Source of the DNA: Monocercomonoides exilis PA203
Taxonomy: Eukaryota > Protista > Preaxostyla
Assembly (NCBI GenBank): GCA_001643675.2
Contig: LSRY02000032.1
Location: 434,001 to 498,000, forward strand
Direction: 5' to 3'
DNA: 64,000 nt
Under the pieces are notes generated by a model. The model saw nothing but the letters and a program-made list of their open reading frames with translations. It had not been told where the DNA came from and did no database searches. Position numbers and translations under genes: made by a program. Positions 11,454 to 24,466 of the stretch are shown one piece after another (within the stretch, counting starts at the first letter, position 1; every line of letters begins with the position of its first letter).

Positions 11454-14400
11454 AGCAAGGCGCTTCTGCTCTGCTCTTCTGCTGCTGCCAGCATCTCCAG
11501 CACTTCCACAGTCGACGCCGCGCTCTCCATCCCCTCTCTGTCCAGCTGCCCCATCCGCTGCCTCTCTGCTGCCTCGCTCCGCTCCTCCTCCTCCTTCTCC
11601 CTCACCATCCTCCAGTGCGCTGCTGCCCGCAAATACACCCGCGACTTCTTCGCACAGCCCCGCTGGTCGAACGTGGGGAACAGCAGCCCATGCGCCTCCT
11701 CGCTCGCTCTGCCCCACAGCGCGTGGCTCTCCATCTCCTCTGCACTCAGCACAAACGCCTGCCTCCCTTCCTTCCTCCGCCCTGCCCGTGGGCGTGGCGT
11801 GCTGCTGCTGGGCAGCGCTGGCCGCTTCACACCACGCGGAACAGAAACACACTCAAATTTATTGCCATTCAACGGAAGCTGCAGAAAGGGTGATGAAGAG
11901 GCTGCTGATGGAATTTCTCCCTCTGAACACCCACTTGTCTGGCTCGGCTGCACAGCTCCACTTTCCAACACTCCAATTCCCTTTCCCTCTGATTCACTTG
12001 CATTCACACCCTCAACACACACATTCTGCTGCTGCTGCTGTTGCTGCTGCTCAACAGAGGAATGAGAGAGAGATGAGGGAGAAGAAGGAGAGGAGAAAGA
12101 GGAAAGTGAAGAGAAAGAAGAGAAAGAAGAGAAAGAAGAGAAGTGGGGGAATGTGCTGAACGAGAGAGAGCGCGACCCGCCTCGGAACGAGCTCTCCTGC
12201 GGAGGCTGCCACTCAGCCAGCTTCTCCCGCGTGTACCGCAGCTTCCGCATGAACGGGTGCAGCTGCGCCTGCCGCGCTGTCAGCCGCTTCTGCGGCTCAA
12301 ACACCAGCAGCCGCTCCACAAAGTCGATGAACAGGATGATGTCTGACCATGAAAAGAGGGGAAAAGAAAAAGAATAGTAATAAATATCAATGAACAAATA
12401 AATGTGTTTTAAGTCCCACACCATTTTTGTCTTCTTCCCTCTCCTTTGCCCGCTCCCCTGCATCCTGCTCCCGCCGCCTCCTCTCCTCTGCCTCCATCTC
12501 CCCACACAGCAGCTGCACCGTCAGCCTCTCCTTCTCCCGCAGCAGCGCCTGCTGGATCTCGTCCCTCTGCTGCCGCACCTTCCGCCCCCGCCGCGCTATC
12601 CGGCTCCCCACAAACTCCAGCTGCTTCTGCGCCATCTGTATCTGACACGCCTGCGCCTCTGCCAGCCCCTTCCTCTCTGCGGCACGCGCCCTCCTCCTCA
12701 TCCTCCTCTCTGCCCTTTCTGCTGCATCTTCTCTTATTCCAAGTGCTCTTCCTCTGTTTTCTGCCTCTTCCTTCTCCCTCTGTAGCTCAGCCGATCCATT
12801 CCACACTGCTGAGTGGAGGATATGCTCCACTGGCTCCACAATGCTGTTTGCATGAATGGCCACTGGATGAAAGCATCTCCTCATCCACTCTTCTTCTTCT
12901 TCTTCTTCATTCACATGCTCTGCCCCTGCATCCTCATGCACCTCACAACCATTGCACTCAGACTTCATTGTATTTGACTGCTCTTCTGAAGATGATGCAA
13001 CAGCACTCACAGCACCCAGCACAGGGAACATCAGCTTCGGTCTGCTCACAGCAGGCGACGCTGGACACGCCGGTGTCTGTGCCCTCGTCTGCGGCGTGTC
13101 ACACACACTCAGCAGCAGAGGCGGCTCTTCCTCTTCGTTGTTGTTGCTGTTGCTGCTTCGACTGGCAGACGAAGGGCTGAAGCGCACCAGAGGCGACGAG
13201 AACACACAAGGCGACGTCTGCACAGCTGAGGCAGCAGACACAAATGGCAAATGTGGCTGAGGCGATTGAGAGGATTGAGACGATTGTGATGATTGAGAAG
13301 GCGACAAAGGCGGTGTGTGCAACGGGGCAGCTGAGCAGAGCGACGAGAACGAGACAAGCGAAGACGAATGAGAAGAAGAAAGAGAAGTGCTCGAAAGAGT
13401 GCGTGCCAGCTGCAGCGAGGCTGACGGAGATGTGGCTGAGGAAAGCGAGGACGGATGCACAAAAGGCGAAGACGACTGGCTCGCTGGCGATCTCAGCGAA
13501 GACGGCAGTGCTGAACGAGCAGACTCCGAAAAGCACCCGATGGGCAGCTGTGTCTGTGTGGATGGCGAAGATGAATGAGAATGTGGAAACGGAACTGAAA
13601 GTGAAGGTGAAGGTGAAAGAGAAGAGAAAGATGAAAGAGAAGAAGGTGAATTGTCTGCCTTTGCTGGATGAAAAGGAGAGGCAGGTGTTGAAGGTGTTGC
13701 ATCGTGATCATCCTCAAACGAGCCTTTCTCTTCTCCCTCTGACTCACTCGGCAGAGTCATCCAGCTGCTTCTGTTGGCTGTGCTGGTTGAGTTTGTTGAG
13801 CTGGCTGTGTTGAGGGTGTTGAGGGTGCTGAGGGTGTTTGTGTGGAATGGCCCAACAAACAGGCTCCCCTCTGACGATGTTGAGAGCGTGTCCTCTTCCC
13901 ATTCAGACTCTTCCGGCTGCTCCGCCTGCGCGTCTCTTTCGCTGCACTCGTAGTTCATCAGATGCAGCCGAATCTCTTCCAGCTCCTTCGCTTCGTCCGC
14001 CTCCTCTGCTTCTCCATTCTCTTCTCCACTCTCTTCCCCTGCCTCTTCCTTCTCATCCCTTTCTGTGCATTTGCTTTCTCCATCTGAACTGTATCTTTCA
14101 TCATCTTCATCATCATTATCAACGTCTGATTCTTCTTTCTCTTTCTCTTTGTTGTTCTGCTTCTTCTTCTTCTTCTTCTTCCTTCTTTTCCTCTCTTCCA
14201 TTTCCATCCGCTCCTTCAGCAGCCTCTCCGTCGCCTTCTCCTGCTCTTCTTCTCTCAAAAGCAGCGCTTTCATCCGCCGCGCCTCCATCTTCCGCTGCTC
14301 CTCCTCTTTCTTCTCATTCTGCAGCGCTGCCGCTGTCAGAGGCAGTGGATGGATCGCTGGCATTTCTGTCGCATGCTCCCACTCTGCCTCTTCAAACGAG

Positions 14401-16624
14401 CTTTCTTCATTTTCATCCATCTTCTTTCTCTTTGATTTCTCTCCTCCCTCTTCCTTCATCACGTGTCTCCGCTTCCTCTCTTCGTACTCCTCCTGCTCTG
14501 CCACCCACTCGGCCATCTCTTTCTCCAGCGCTGCCTTCTCCGCTCTCCCCCGCTCCTTCTCCCTCTCCCTCTCCTCCCTTCGCCTCTCCCTCTCCCGCTG
14601 CCTCTTCACCTTCCGCACAATCTCCCCGTGCCGACTCAGAATGCTCCGCAGCGACGCCTTTTCCGACTGAGCAAGCAAAGTCAATCAGATAAAAATAAAA
14701 AGAAGAATAAAAAGAAGAATAAAAAGAAGAATAAAAAGAAGAATAAAAAGAAGAATAAAAAGAAGAATAAAAAGAAGAATAAAAAGAAGAATAAAAACAG
14801 CATTCAGCCAAACTGTGCTGTGTGTGTCTCCTCTGCCCATCCGCAGCGGAAGCACTGGCTGTGCACACACACCCCGCTGCCGCAGCCACTCGCCCATCCA
14901 AACACATCGCCTCCTGTCTTCTTCTCTCTGCGCCTCCTCCTCCTTCTCTTCCTCCTCTTCTGTCTGTTTGCTCCTCTCCTTCAGCTCATACACCACCCGC
15001 TCTTCTCTCCCCACACGCACAACTCTTCCGCTGAAGAACTCCTTCCCCCGCGGCGCCCCTCCAACTAGCCAGCTCGGCAGACGCTGGCTGACCATCCCAA
15101 ACAGCCACAAATACAACCACAACCACAAACACATCCGTCCACACAGAAAAAAAAAGAATTAAAAAAAAAATGATAAAAAAACAATTGAATGAAGACACAC
15201 CCCAAAAGCGTCTCCATCGCCTCCAGCGTGTCTCTCTCGTCTGGCTGCTCCAGAACCCGCCAGCCCAGAAACATCGAGCAGCACACGCACCCCAAGCTCC
15301 ACATGTCTGTGCCCACCCACTGCCTGCGCCATCACCAAAAAAAAAGCACCTGACTCGTTAAAACAACCCCAAACACACAACAAACAACACAAGCATTCAT
15401 ACGGATACCCCAAAATCTGCTCTGGAGCACACACACGCAGCGGCGGGCACCCAAACGCCTCGTTGTCCACAAACGCCGCGTTGCTCAGGTCCATCACGCA
15501 CACCTCCGGAAACCTGCCCCGATTTTCAGGCCATCCAGTTTCCAATGAAACAGAACACACAAACAGCCATCAGCAATATCATCGTTCATCAGATGAATGA
15601 AGCACACACACACACAAAAATAAAACAAAAAGAAAGAGATGAATGCAATGCACCCAAACAGAACAGAACAACACACTCTCTGACTCCGATGCTCTGCAGC
15701 GTCAGGTTGCTGTGCCGGATCCCCATGTCTTTCAGCAGAATCAGCGCATCCAGCAGCTGCTTCACAATCTGCCCCGCCAAGCGAAAAACCAATCATAAAA
15801 AAAAAAAAAAAAAGGAAAATGAAAGAAATGTCATGTTTGGCTCTTCTGCCTCAAACAGCCCACACCGTTCGCACAAACGGGAGAGGAATCCCAAGCGGAG
15901 ACTCGCGCCTGATGTATTCTTCGAGGGTGCACTTCACCCCCTCCGTCACCGTCACCACGTGCCCTGCACTCACAAACTGCTCCTTCGGCACAATGATGTT
16001 CGCCTCTCTGCGCGGGTCTGCCCTGCACACCTGTCAGAGGACAATCCCCAACAACATTCACATTTCAAACATATTTGTGTTTGCCAATTGCCACCACGAA
16101 AGCACAGTTTCCATGGAAAAGAAACAAAACAAAAAGAGCTTCAAGAAGACAGCGAACAAACACAAACAGCACACCCGCTCCAGGAGCTGGCCCTCCCGCA
16201 CAGCCTCCAGCACCCCTTCTTCTGTGCCCCTCGAAATCCGCATCCCGTACCCCTGCCGCTGCCCTTTCCGCACACACCTGTACACAGGCCCTGCGTCCGT
16301 CCTGCACGACACCCCCTCCACAACATACCCCCGCGCTCCCTTCCCCCGGCTGTTCGCAAACACATCTCCCGAGCGCACAATCAGCTCCCCCACCTCATTG
16401 TCCTTCCCCATGTTCTGCACCCCGTCGCACGGCACAGTCAACGTCTGGCGTCTGCGCGCTGGTCCTGCGCCCCAACGCCCCTCCGGGCAGCAGCGCCCGT
16501 ATGTGCTTGAAAGCCCCACTGTCAGCTTCTGCACCGCGTGCATCCGCCTTTTCTGCTCAAACAATACACAAAAATAAATGCGTTACGCCCATCCTTTTTC
16601 CATCTGCGGCACACCCACCTTCAT
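10502..16624 (-). CDS. YAK1/DYRK-family (CMGC) pseudokinase with a very long low-complexity insert and a Q/H/S-rich tail
   Basis: Yak1-like pre-kinase segment (KLTVGLSSTYGRCCP..RRQTLTVPCDGVQNMGKDNEVGELIVRSGDVF). Kinase subdomains IVKQLLDALILLKDMGIRHSNL, APEQILGYP, DMWSLGCV..MFLG and FIDFVERLLVFEPQKRLTARQAQLHPF, spread over about 9 exons. Confidence 0.8.
14694..14797. repeat. Intronic 12-bp minisatellite (AATAAAAAGAAG), 8-9 copies
   Basis: Near-perfect tandem array immediately before a 3' splice site of the minus-strand kinase gene. Confidence 0.9.
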
Positions 16625-17259
16625 CGTCTAAGGCCCTCAAAACTGTTTCCGCTCAAGGCATTACGGGGGCCTGATCATTCAAAGAGAGTAAAATAAAAAA
16701 ACCCCAAAAATCAGCCCTTCCACCCATCTCTTCCCTCTCTGCATGCTACAGAACATAAGAAATGGTAAGAGGTATATTTTTGGAAATATATATATATTTT
16801 CTCACACTTTCTTTCAAGTTAATGAGAAAGAAAGAAAAGAATTGAAATGAAAACTGAAAAAACATGCCAGAATCTGGTCATTTGCGGTTGCTGAAAAGGA
16901 AAAAGGAACAAGGACAGCAAGTCCAACAAAAAAGAAAAAAAAATATCGACAAAACACAAAAAAGATACACAGAAGCACTGAAAAGGAGTGAAATGCTCTG
17001 AAATGGATTGACAAAAAAAGGAAAAAAAAAACACCTTCAAATCCAAAAGAAAGCGCCCAATAGAATATGAAACACAACAGAAAGCGGAACGGAAATAAAA
17101 AACATAATAAATGCTAATAATCCGCACTCAAAACAGACACTTGGGCTTGTCTGCTTGCTCAACTGCATTCAAACACATTCAAAACGAATTGTTGATGGTT
17201 GAATTGGTTTGGTTGGTTTGGTCTATTCAGTTGGAAGACACAGCCTCTTTCAATTCTGC

Positions 17260-20200
17260 TCAGCCTGCCCCGTACTGCGACGAGAACACAGACGATGTGG
17301 GTGCTGGGCTGCGCATCCCCATCCCCATCCCCATCATCTCCTTCATTCCCATTCCCATCTGCGGAGACGGACGAGGAGTGGCCCAGCTCATCCCGCCATT
17401 CCCCCTCGCCATTGCACACGGCGTGCCCGTCGCTGCTCCTCTGCCTTGCCCTCCACCCGCTGCACCCATTCCTGCTCTCCCCTCCTGCACCCCATTCATC
17501 TGCCTCATCTGCACTCCCCTTCCTCCGCTCATTCCTCCGCTCATTCCCATTCCCATTCCCATCTCCCCACCTCTTCCTCCTCCTCCTCCTCTACCTCTGC
17601 CTCTGCCTCTTCCTCTGCCCTGTCCGCTCCTCTCCAGCGCTGCCACCAGCCCCTGCCCTCTCCCTCCGCCCCGCGCGGCCACCAACGCCGCCATCTGCGC
17701 CAGCCGCGCCTCCTCCCGCTGCTTCTCTGCCAGCGCCATCCGCATCCTTCTCAGCCGCGCATTCGCCTGCGCCTCCTGCCGCTTCGCCGCCTGCTTCGCC
17801 TCCAGCTCCTTCAGCCGCCGGTGCTGCTCCTCCAGCAGCCTCATCTGCCGCCGCTGCTCCTCCACCTGCTCCACACTCAGCCCCGCCTCTGCCGCCAGCT
17901 TCTTCATCTCCCGCGCCTTCTTCTCCTCTGCCGTCTCCCCCACCCTCCCCAGCTCCACCTCTCCTCCTTTCTTCCCCACCTCTCCTCCCATCCCTGCCAA
18001 AACCACCCTCCCTCCTCTCCTCCCCCCACTGCTCTCCTCCAGCAGCACCATCAGCACCGCCGACTCCTCGTCTTCCTTCGGCCCTTCCCCGCCCGCTGCT
18101 CCTGCTGCTCCCTCTGCCCCTTCCTCCTCCCCACCCCCATCCCCATCCCCTCCTCTGTTCTGCAGCGACGACAGAACAAGCTCCTTCAGCCGCGCATCCA
18201 CCACCATCGACCCCTTCCGCGCCTTCTCGCACTCCCGCTGCTCCTTCTCCCGGTGCAGCCGCTTCCCTTCCTTCGCCAGCTCTGCCCCCTTCCTCAGCCC
18301 CTCTGCCCCTGCCCCGCATCCTCCTCCTCCTCCTTCTCCCCCTCCCTCTCCTCCTCCCTCTCCTCCAACCCCAAACAGCTCTGGGAAGATCACAAGCAGC
18401 GGCTCTGCATTTTCCCGGCGCATCCGCACACGCTCTGCATATGCTGCACTCACCACATCCTCTGCTGCTGCCTCTTCCTCTGCCATCCGCTCCTCCTCCT
18501 CCTCTTTTTCCTCTTTTGCGGCTGCTTCCCTCTTCCCTTTCTCTTTCCCCTTCTCTTTCCCACTCTCACCCTGCCCTTCTCCAATCCTTCGGCGTTGTCT
18601 GTCTTCTGAGCTTCGCGGCAGCAGCAGATCATTTGGAGTGCTGCTCCTGTCTTCCCCTTCCATCTCCACACACCGCGCAGAATATGCATGAGAAGGAGAT
18701 GCCTCCTCCCCTCTGCTGCCACTCCCTCCTTCCAGCAAGGGCAATTCCCATCCCTCGCCTTCTTCCCTTCCTTCCCTTTCTGCCAGGCTCTTTTCGCTTC
18801 TCCCCTTCACCCGCCTCACAGGCACTCCCTTGCACCTGTTTTGGAACTGAACAGAGACAGTTCGTCATTCGGTCACACAACACATCCAAAACAAAGAAAG
18901 AAAAAAAGAAAATATAAAATAAAAAATAAAAAATTGAATAACACAAAAATGTGCACACATAGCAGCAGCGGGGGAAGAAGTGCAGAAGAGACACATAAAC
19001 AAGACTGCCCAGCGTGAGCACTGACACAACCCCGATCGATGCTGTTCCGCATCCACAGTCACAGTCACAGTCACATGACCAGAAGCCACAAAAAAAGAGA
19101 GAAGAATTTTGAAACAATAAAAACAACCGAGACAGTCCAGAAGATGAACAGACGAATGAATGAATGAAAGAGAGTGCGAACAAGAAAAAGACACACTGCT
19201 CACTCTCACAAAAGCCAGGCTGTTTCTCACCGACTGTTCTACTGCTGCATCGTAGATCATCTGCGCTGTGCAGCCTTCGTTTTCTGTGTTTGTCTTTGTG
19301 ATTGTCTTTGTGTGAAGTGTTGGAGCAGATGTGCGTGAAGAAGATCGATGCTGCACGTGGAGTGCATTCCCTTCGCCACACAGCTCTGCCATTGCACTCT
19401 CAAACATGGCTGTGCACTTCTCTGCTGTCACTGCTCATTCAATAAAAGAATAATTAAATAAACAGAAATCATATGAAAAAAATGGAAAACAAAATGGAAA
19501 GCCAACAAAATAAACTCAAAAGTGCTTGTTGCACCATTGCACAACTCCTCCACACCTGCATTGTCTGACACAAAATACACGCTTTCTGCTGTGACACTTC
19601 CACCTTCTTCGCCTTCGCCTGCAACAACCATCTCGCACATCCTCCGCACCTCCCTCTGCAGCTTCCCGCTCTCTGACATGTCTCTCCGAGCTGTTCCCTC
19701 CACCACCACACACCCACACAAAGTCCCGCACCCCACGACCACCCCCAGCACCACCAGCGCCCAGTGGCCCTCCCGCATCTTCCCCAGCCGCACCCCCACC
19801 AGCAGCCAGAACAGCCCCATCACCCCGTCTGCAATCCCCACCAGCCCCAGCCCCAGCACCATCTCTGGCACTGCCACCACCCCCTCCACGCTGAACGACC
19901 ACACATACACCCCCACCAGCCCCGCCGCCTCGCACAGCAGCACTGCCCCCAGCCCTGCCAGCGCTCCCCGCACAAACCGGTACCGCCCCAGCATCAGCAG
20001 CGACGACACCCCACACACAAACAGCGAGACTGCCAAAACAAACGAGCTGCACACAACAGTCCATGCTGCGCCCTTCACCCCAAACCCCTCCACACCAAAT
20101 GCCTTTGCGGCCCCAGAGCACAGTTCCACGCACAACCCTCCCATCGGGTGCAGCAGCGACATCCCATCTCCTCCGCTGCCCGAAACAGCCACCTGCAATG

Positions 20201-20643
20201 CTTCGCACCCCAGCACCACCATCGCGCCACACACCAGCATGCACATGAAGAACTCCCCCAAAAACACATGCTTTGCAAGGCCCCGCGGCTTGCGCGCTCT
20301 GCAGGCCATCAAGCACCCCCAGCAACGCGAGTCAGCAGAAATACACATTTCCGCCAAACACGCACAAGATAAACACAGGAAAATACAAAAAGACACTGAC
20401 ATTAGCGCAAATAAATATGGCACACCTGTGGCGCGTGCACAGCAGCGAAGCAACCGTGGCGCACAGCACAACGCCAAGAACAGCAATCAGCACGATTTGC
20501 GGCCACCCGGGCAGCTGCCCCGGCTGCACCCCCAGGCACACGCACACCAGCAAAAATATAAGAACAAGCCCCGCCCACGTGCCTGCCACCACGTGCAGCA
20601 CAAACGGGTATGTCCTTTTTCGAATTTCTTTCCTTTCAACCAT
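17260..20643 (-). CDS. Multi-pass membrane protein with a Cys-rich loop and a long cytoplasmic coiled-coil, Gly/Met-rich tail (about 5 exons)
   Basis: Several hydrophobic segments in 20643-19700 and one more near 19000 (IGVVSVLTLGSLVYVSLLHFF), joined by plausible GT-AG introns to the 521-codon E/R/G-rich ORF ending at 17260. Confidence 0.6.
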
Positions 20644-20852
20644 CCGCCATTATGGGTCGGTCTCAGAATCAAACACTTTTTTGAAACGAAATATCTCTTG
20701 AGGAATATCACTCCAACATTTGCTTAAAAGCTGGAAATGCAGGGGAAAATGGTTAATCCTTTTTTGAAGTGAAAGAAAAGGCACTTGAACCGTTTTTAAA
20801 ATCTTTTCTCAAATGTTTTTGAAATGATCCTGAACCATAGAGAAATGGCTCA

Positions 20853-23385
20853 ATGGACGAAAACGAAAAAGCACGGCTGAGGGAGGTGGGGAACCAGTTC
20901 GTTGCACGCGGAAGGGGTGTGTGCTGTGTTGTTGTTTTGTGGGGAGATTTGATGCGAATGGCTTTGAAAATTCCTGAAAGCAGTTTTGGTGAAGCGATTG
21001 GAAGGCGGTGAGGGCTGTGCAGCGGAGGTTGCAGAGCTGGAACAGTTTGCACATGACCTGAAGTGCGAACCCATGGATGTTGAACTGTGCTCCGAAATCG
21101 GTGATTTGCTGTGTGAATTTGCGAAAACAGCGCTGAAGCAGCCGCAGGATGCAAAAGAGGAGATTGTGCGGCTGGTGAGGCGGCAGCTGTTCATGGGGAG
21201 CGTGGACCGGTGGCGCAGCGACAGAAACGACTATCACTGCCTCGAACATGAGCGCATGGCGGAGATGCGAGATGCGCTTGTTTCACTGGCTCAGATGGAA
21301 ACGCTGTCTCAGGCCGCCCACGAAGATGTCATTCAGGCGTATTTTGCATTCTGCAAGAGCGTGGGCCTGCGGCAGGCGGAGTATAAGACGCTGGTGCCAG
21401 AGCTGCTGAACATTGCAGAGCGGAAGTCGCTGGTAGAAGAGACTTATGTGGAGGCTGCACAGCTGCTGTATGCCCTGACATGTGTGGTCGAAGGGGTCTT
21501 GATTCGAGGTGTGCAAGTGTTGTCCTCTTCTTGCTTCTTTCAGAAAAAATAAATTTTTGTTGATTTATTAATTTTTTTTTTTTTTTGATTGTTTGATAAT
21601 TTGATGATGAGACAGTACAACTAGGAAGGCACTATTACAGCCATGTGTTTGGGCATGTGGTTGCGTTTTTGTTCCATCCGTGTGTGAATGTGGTTTCAGA
21701 AGCGATGGACGTGCTGGAGGCCTTTACAAACTGCCATCCGAGCAAAGTGGGTATCCTGAATCAGTCGACGAATGTTTTGGAGCTTCTGGTCTGGCTGATG
21801 AACGGCTATCCGCCTTTCATGCTCTGCAAGCCGACCAGCTGTGCTTCCTTTGCCTCGGCTATCCCATCGACATCGACATCATCAACAACATCGATCCAAT
21901 CGGAGAGTCAGTCGTCAGTATCGATGCCTTCTGCTTTTCCAGCTTCATCCAGCGAGTTTTATTCGCTCCAGAAAAAGTTCCAGGAGCTGCCAGCACTTTC
22001 GATGGATGCTGCAGATTATCCTCCGATTTCTTCGCCTTTTCCGCCACGGCATCCGAAGTTCTGCCAATGGCCATCTGAGTGCATCGAGTCGCCACTTTAT
22101 CCTGCAGATGAGCGCGATGAATGGTATGTGTTTGGGAGATTCCTGATTTTTGCTCATTGTTGATAATGCAATCAGTTCATTTCAAAACGATATTTTGGAG
22201 GATATCTCTTTTTTTCTTTCTTCCTTTCTTTCTTTTCTCATGTTATTTTCATTTATTTTGGAAATGTTTGAATCTGTATTTCTTATCCTCAACACTTTTG
22301 TGCTGTTCACCATGTTCAGGTTGCACACATCAGCATCAGACAGACTTGTGATGAACACAATCAATGTGATTGACAGCTTATTCAGGTTCGCTTCACGGGA
22401 AAGTGCGAGAGAGCATGTGGTGGGTGAGATTGGTGTGGAAGAAGAGCAATCACAAAGCAGCATTGGAAGGAAGGAAGAGTGTGTTGATGGTGCTGCGATT
22501 GGCAGGAGAGGAAAATCAGAAGTGAACGAGGCAAAGGAAGGGTCAGGGTGTGAAATGAAAAGGAGGAAGAGAAAGGGGAAAGCGAAGGATTGTGAAGTGG
22601 CAGACGGAAGAATGGAGGAATGTGGAAGAGGGCCTGTGAATGGAAGGTATTATGCAGTTGTGTTCTGCACAGATGGGTTTGTGGCTGCTTTGACAAGGCT
22701 TTTTGAGCAGAAGAGGGTGATGGCATGTTACAGCTACTTGCTGTTCACCATCTTTTGCAGTGTTCTGGAAGACGGGAGCGACAGGGATGTTGTGGAGTGG
22801 ATTGGGCAGACGAGGTTTATGGAGATGGCAGCCAGCCATCTTTTCGATGAGCGAGTGTTTCTGCAAGACAACGGATGCTTTGTGTTTGTGGAGATGCTGT
22901 GGGAAGTGCTGCTCAGCAGAAGAAGAAGGGCAATGAAGGAGATATCGAGCGCGATGGAGGAAGAGAGGCTGAAGGTGAGAGAAAAGGAAGGTCACAACAG
23001 AACAGCTCAAGAAAGGCAGGCAAACAAGAAGATGCGAAAAAGAGGGAGCAGTTCGCACAACAGCAAGGGGGATGGTTCTGGAGGCAGCGGAGAAGAAGAC
23101 GAAGAATCTCAACAAGTAGAGAAAAGAGGAAGGAAGCACAGCAACAGCAATGCAAAGGGGAAAAGGGTGAAAGACCAGCAGCAGGAGAAGGAGAGGCAGC
23201 GAGCAGAGCGAAACGAGAAGAAAGCAGAGATGGAGCAGGCGAGAAGGCGGAAGAAGGAGAAAAAGGAGATGCGAATAAAGAGGAAGGCGCTGGAGGTGTG
23301 CGTGTGGTCGATGGATCTGCTGGAGGAAGAAGGGATGGATGATTTGGTGGTGATGGTGAGGCATGTGATGGTCGAGCTGCTTTGA
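20853..23385 (+). CDS. Hypothetical alpha-helical (armadillo-like) lineage-specific protein, about 4 exons
   Basis: ORFs 20986-21552, 21645-22163 and 22150-23385 splice in frame through GT-AG introns. It ends LEEEGMDD...VMVELL*. Confidence 0.65.
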
Positions 23386-24466
23386 AGGCTGGCAGCAGGA
23401 AGGAAGAAGCTGGCTGCTATTTCTTTGGGTGCACAGGCAGTGATTGCTGGAAGGTGGAGAAGTGGTGGAGGATGTGCTGCTGCAAATGAAAAGAGGAAAA
23501 AGGTTTTTGGAGGCTCTTTCAAAGATGCAGAGTTGTGGCTCATCTTTTGGAAAGAGAAAATTGGGGATGGAATATATTGAAGAAGAGAAAAGAGAGGAAG
23601 TGGTTCTGCCAAGTTGTGAATTCGATTGGAGCTACTTCTTCTTTTTTGTTGTTGTAATTGTTTTGTTCCAAATTTCTGAGGAGAGCGAAAAGTGGAGTCT
23701 GTTCGTTGTTTGAAAGATGCCTGCTGAATGCAGGTGCTGTTCATTGGTGTTGATTTTGTTTTGTGTGGCATTCTGGAGTGAAGCAGCACAACTTGGAATG
23801 CTTGCGATTGTGGTTCGTGCTGCTCTGTTTTTCCATTCTTTTGTTGTTTTGACACTTTTGTTTTTTCCATTTCCAATGTCCTTATGTTTTGGGATTCTTC
23901 AGTTGTTCACTTTGCATTTGTGCCTGTTCTTTCAAAAAAATTTGATTTGTGTGCCAATCAGCAAGCATTGCTTCTCCGAGCCCTTTTTGTTGGAGGGTTG
24001 TTTTGTTTTCCAAAACAGTTTGCAACTGCCTCTTAAATACATTATACGAGTCTCATTTGCTTCTTTCAAGACAGAATAAATCACTCAAAAAAAAATTTAT
24101 AAAGAAAACTCCATTTTGTAAAAAAGCAATTTCAGCAAATAAGAATGACAATTTCATTTCCAAACCGAATAACTGTCCAAACTTCGAAAATGCTATTCAT
24201 TCATTCAATATTTCTATATTTTTTCTCTTTGAATTTTTATCTTAATAATATTAAAAATCGTATTCTTGTTCAAAATGAGCATTTTCATCCATTTTCTTCA
24301 TTCAAACTCTATCCGTATAATACACGTAATATATATTCTTTATCCCTATAACTGCTGCGTTTGATGAGATTATTTCAATTTTTCTTTTCAATGTTTCGCC
24401 TTATGGTATGATCAGTCTATTCTTTTTTTTTCCTCGTTTTGCAGTCTATCTGGGAAGCAGTGGCAA

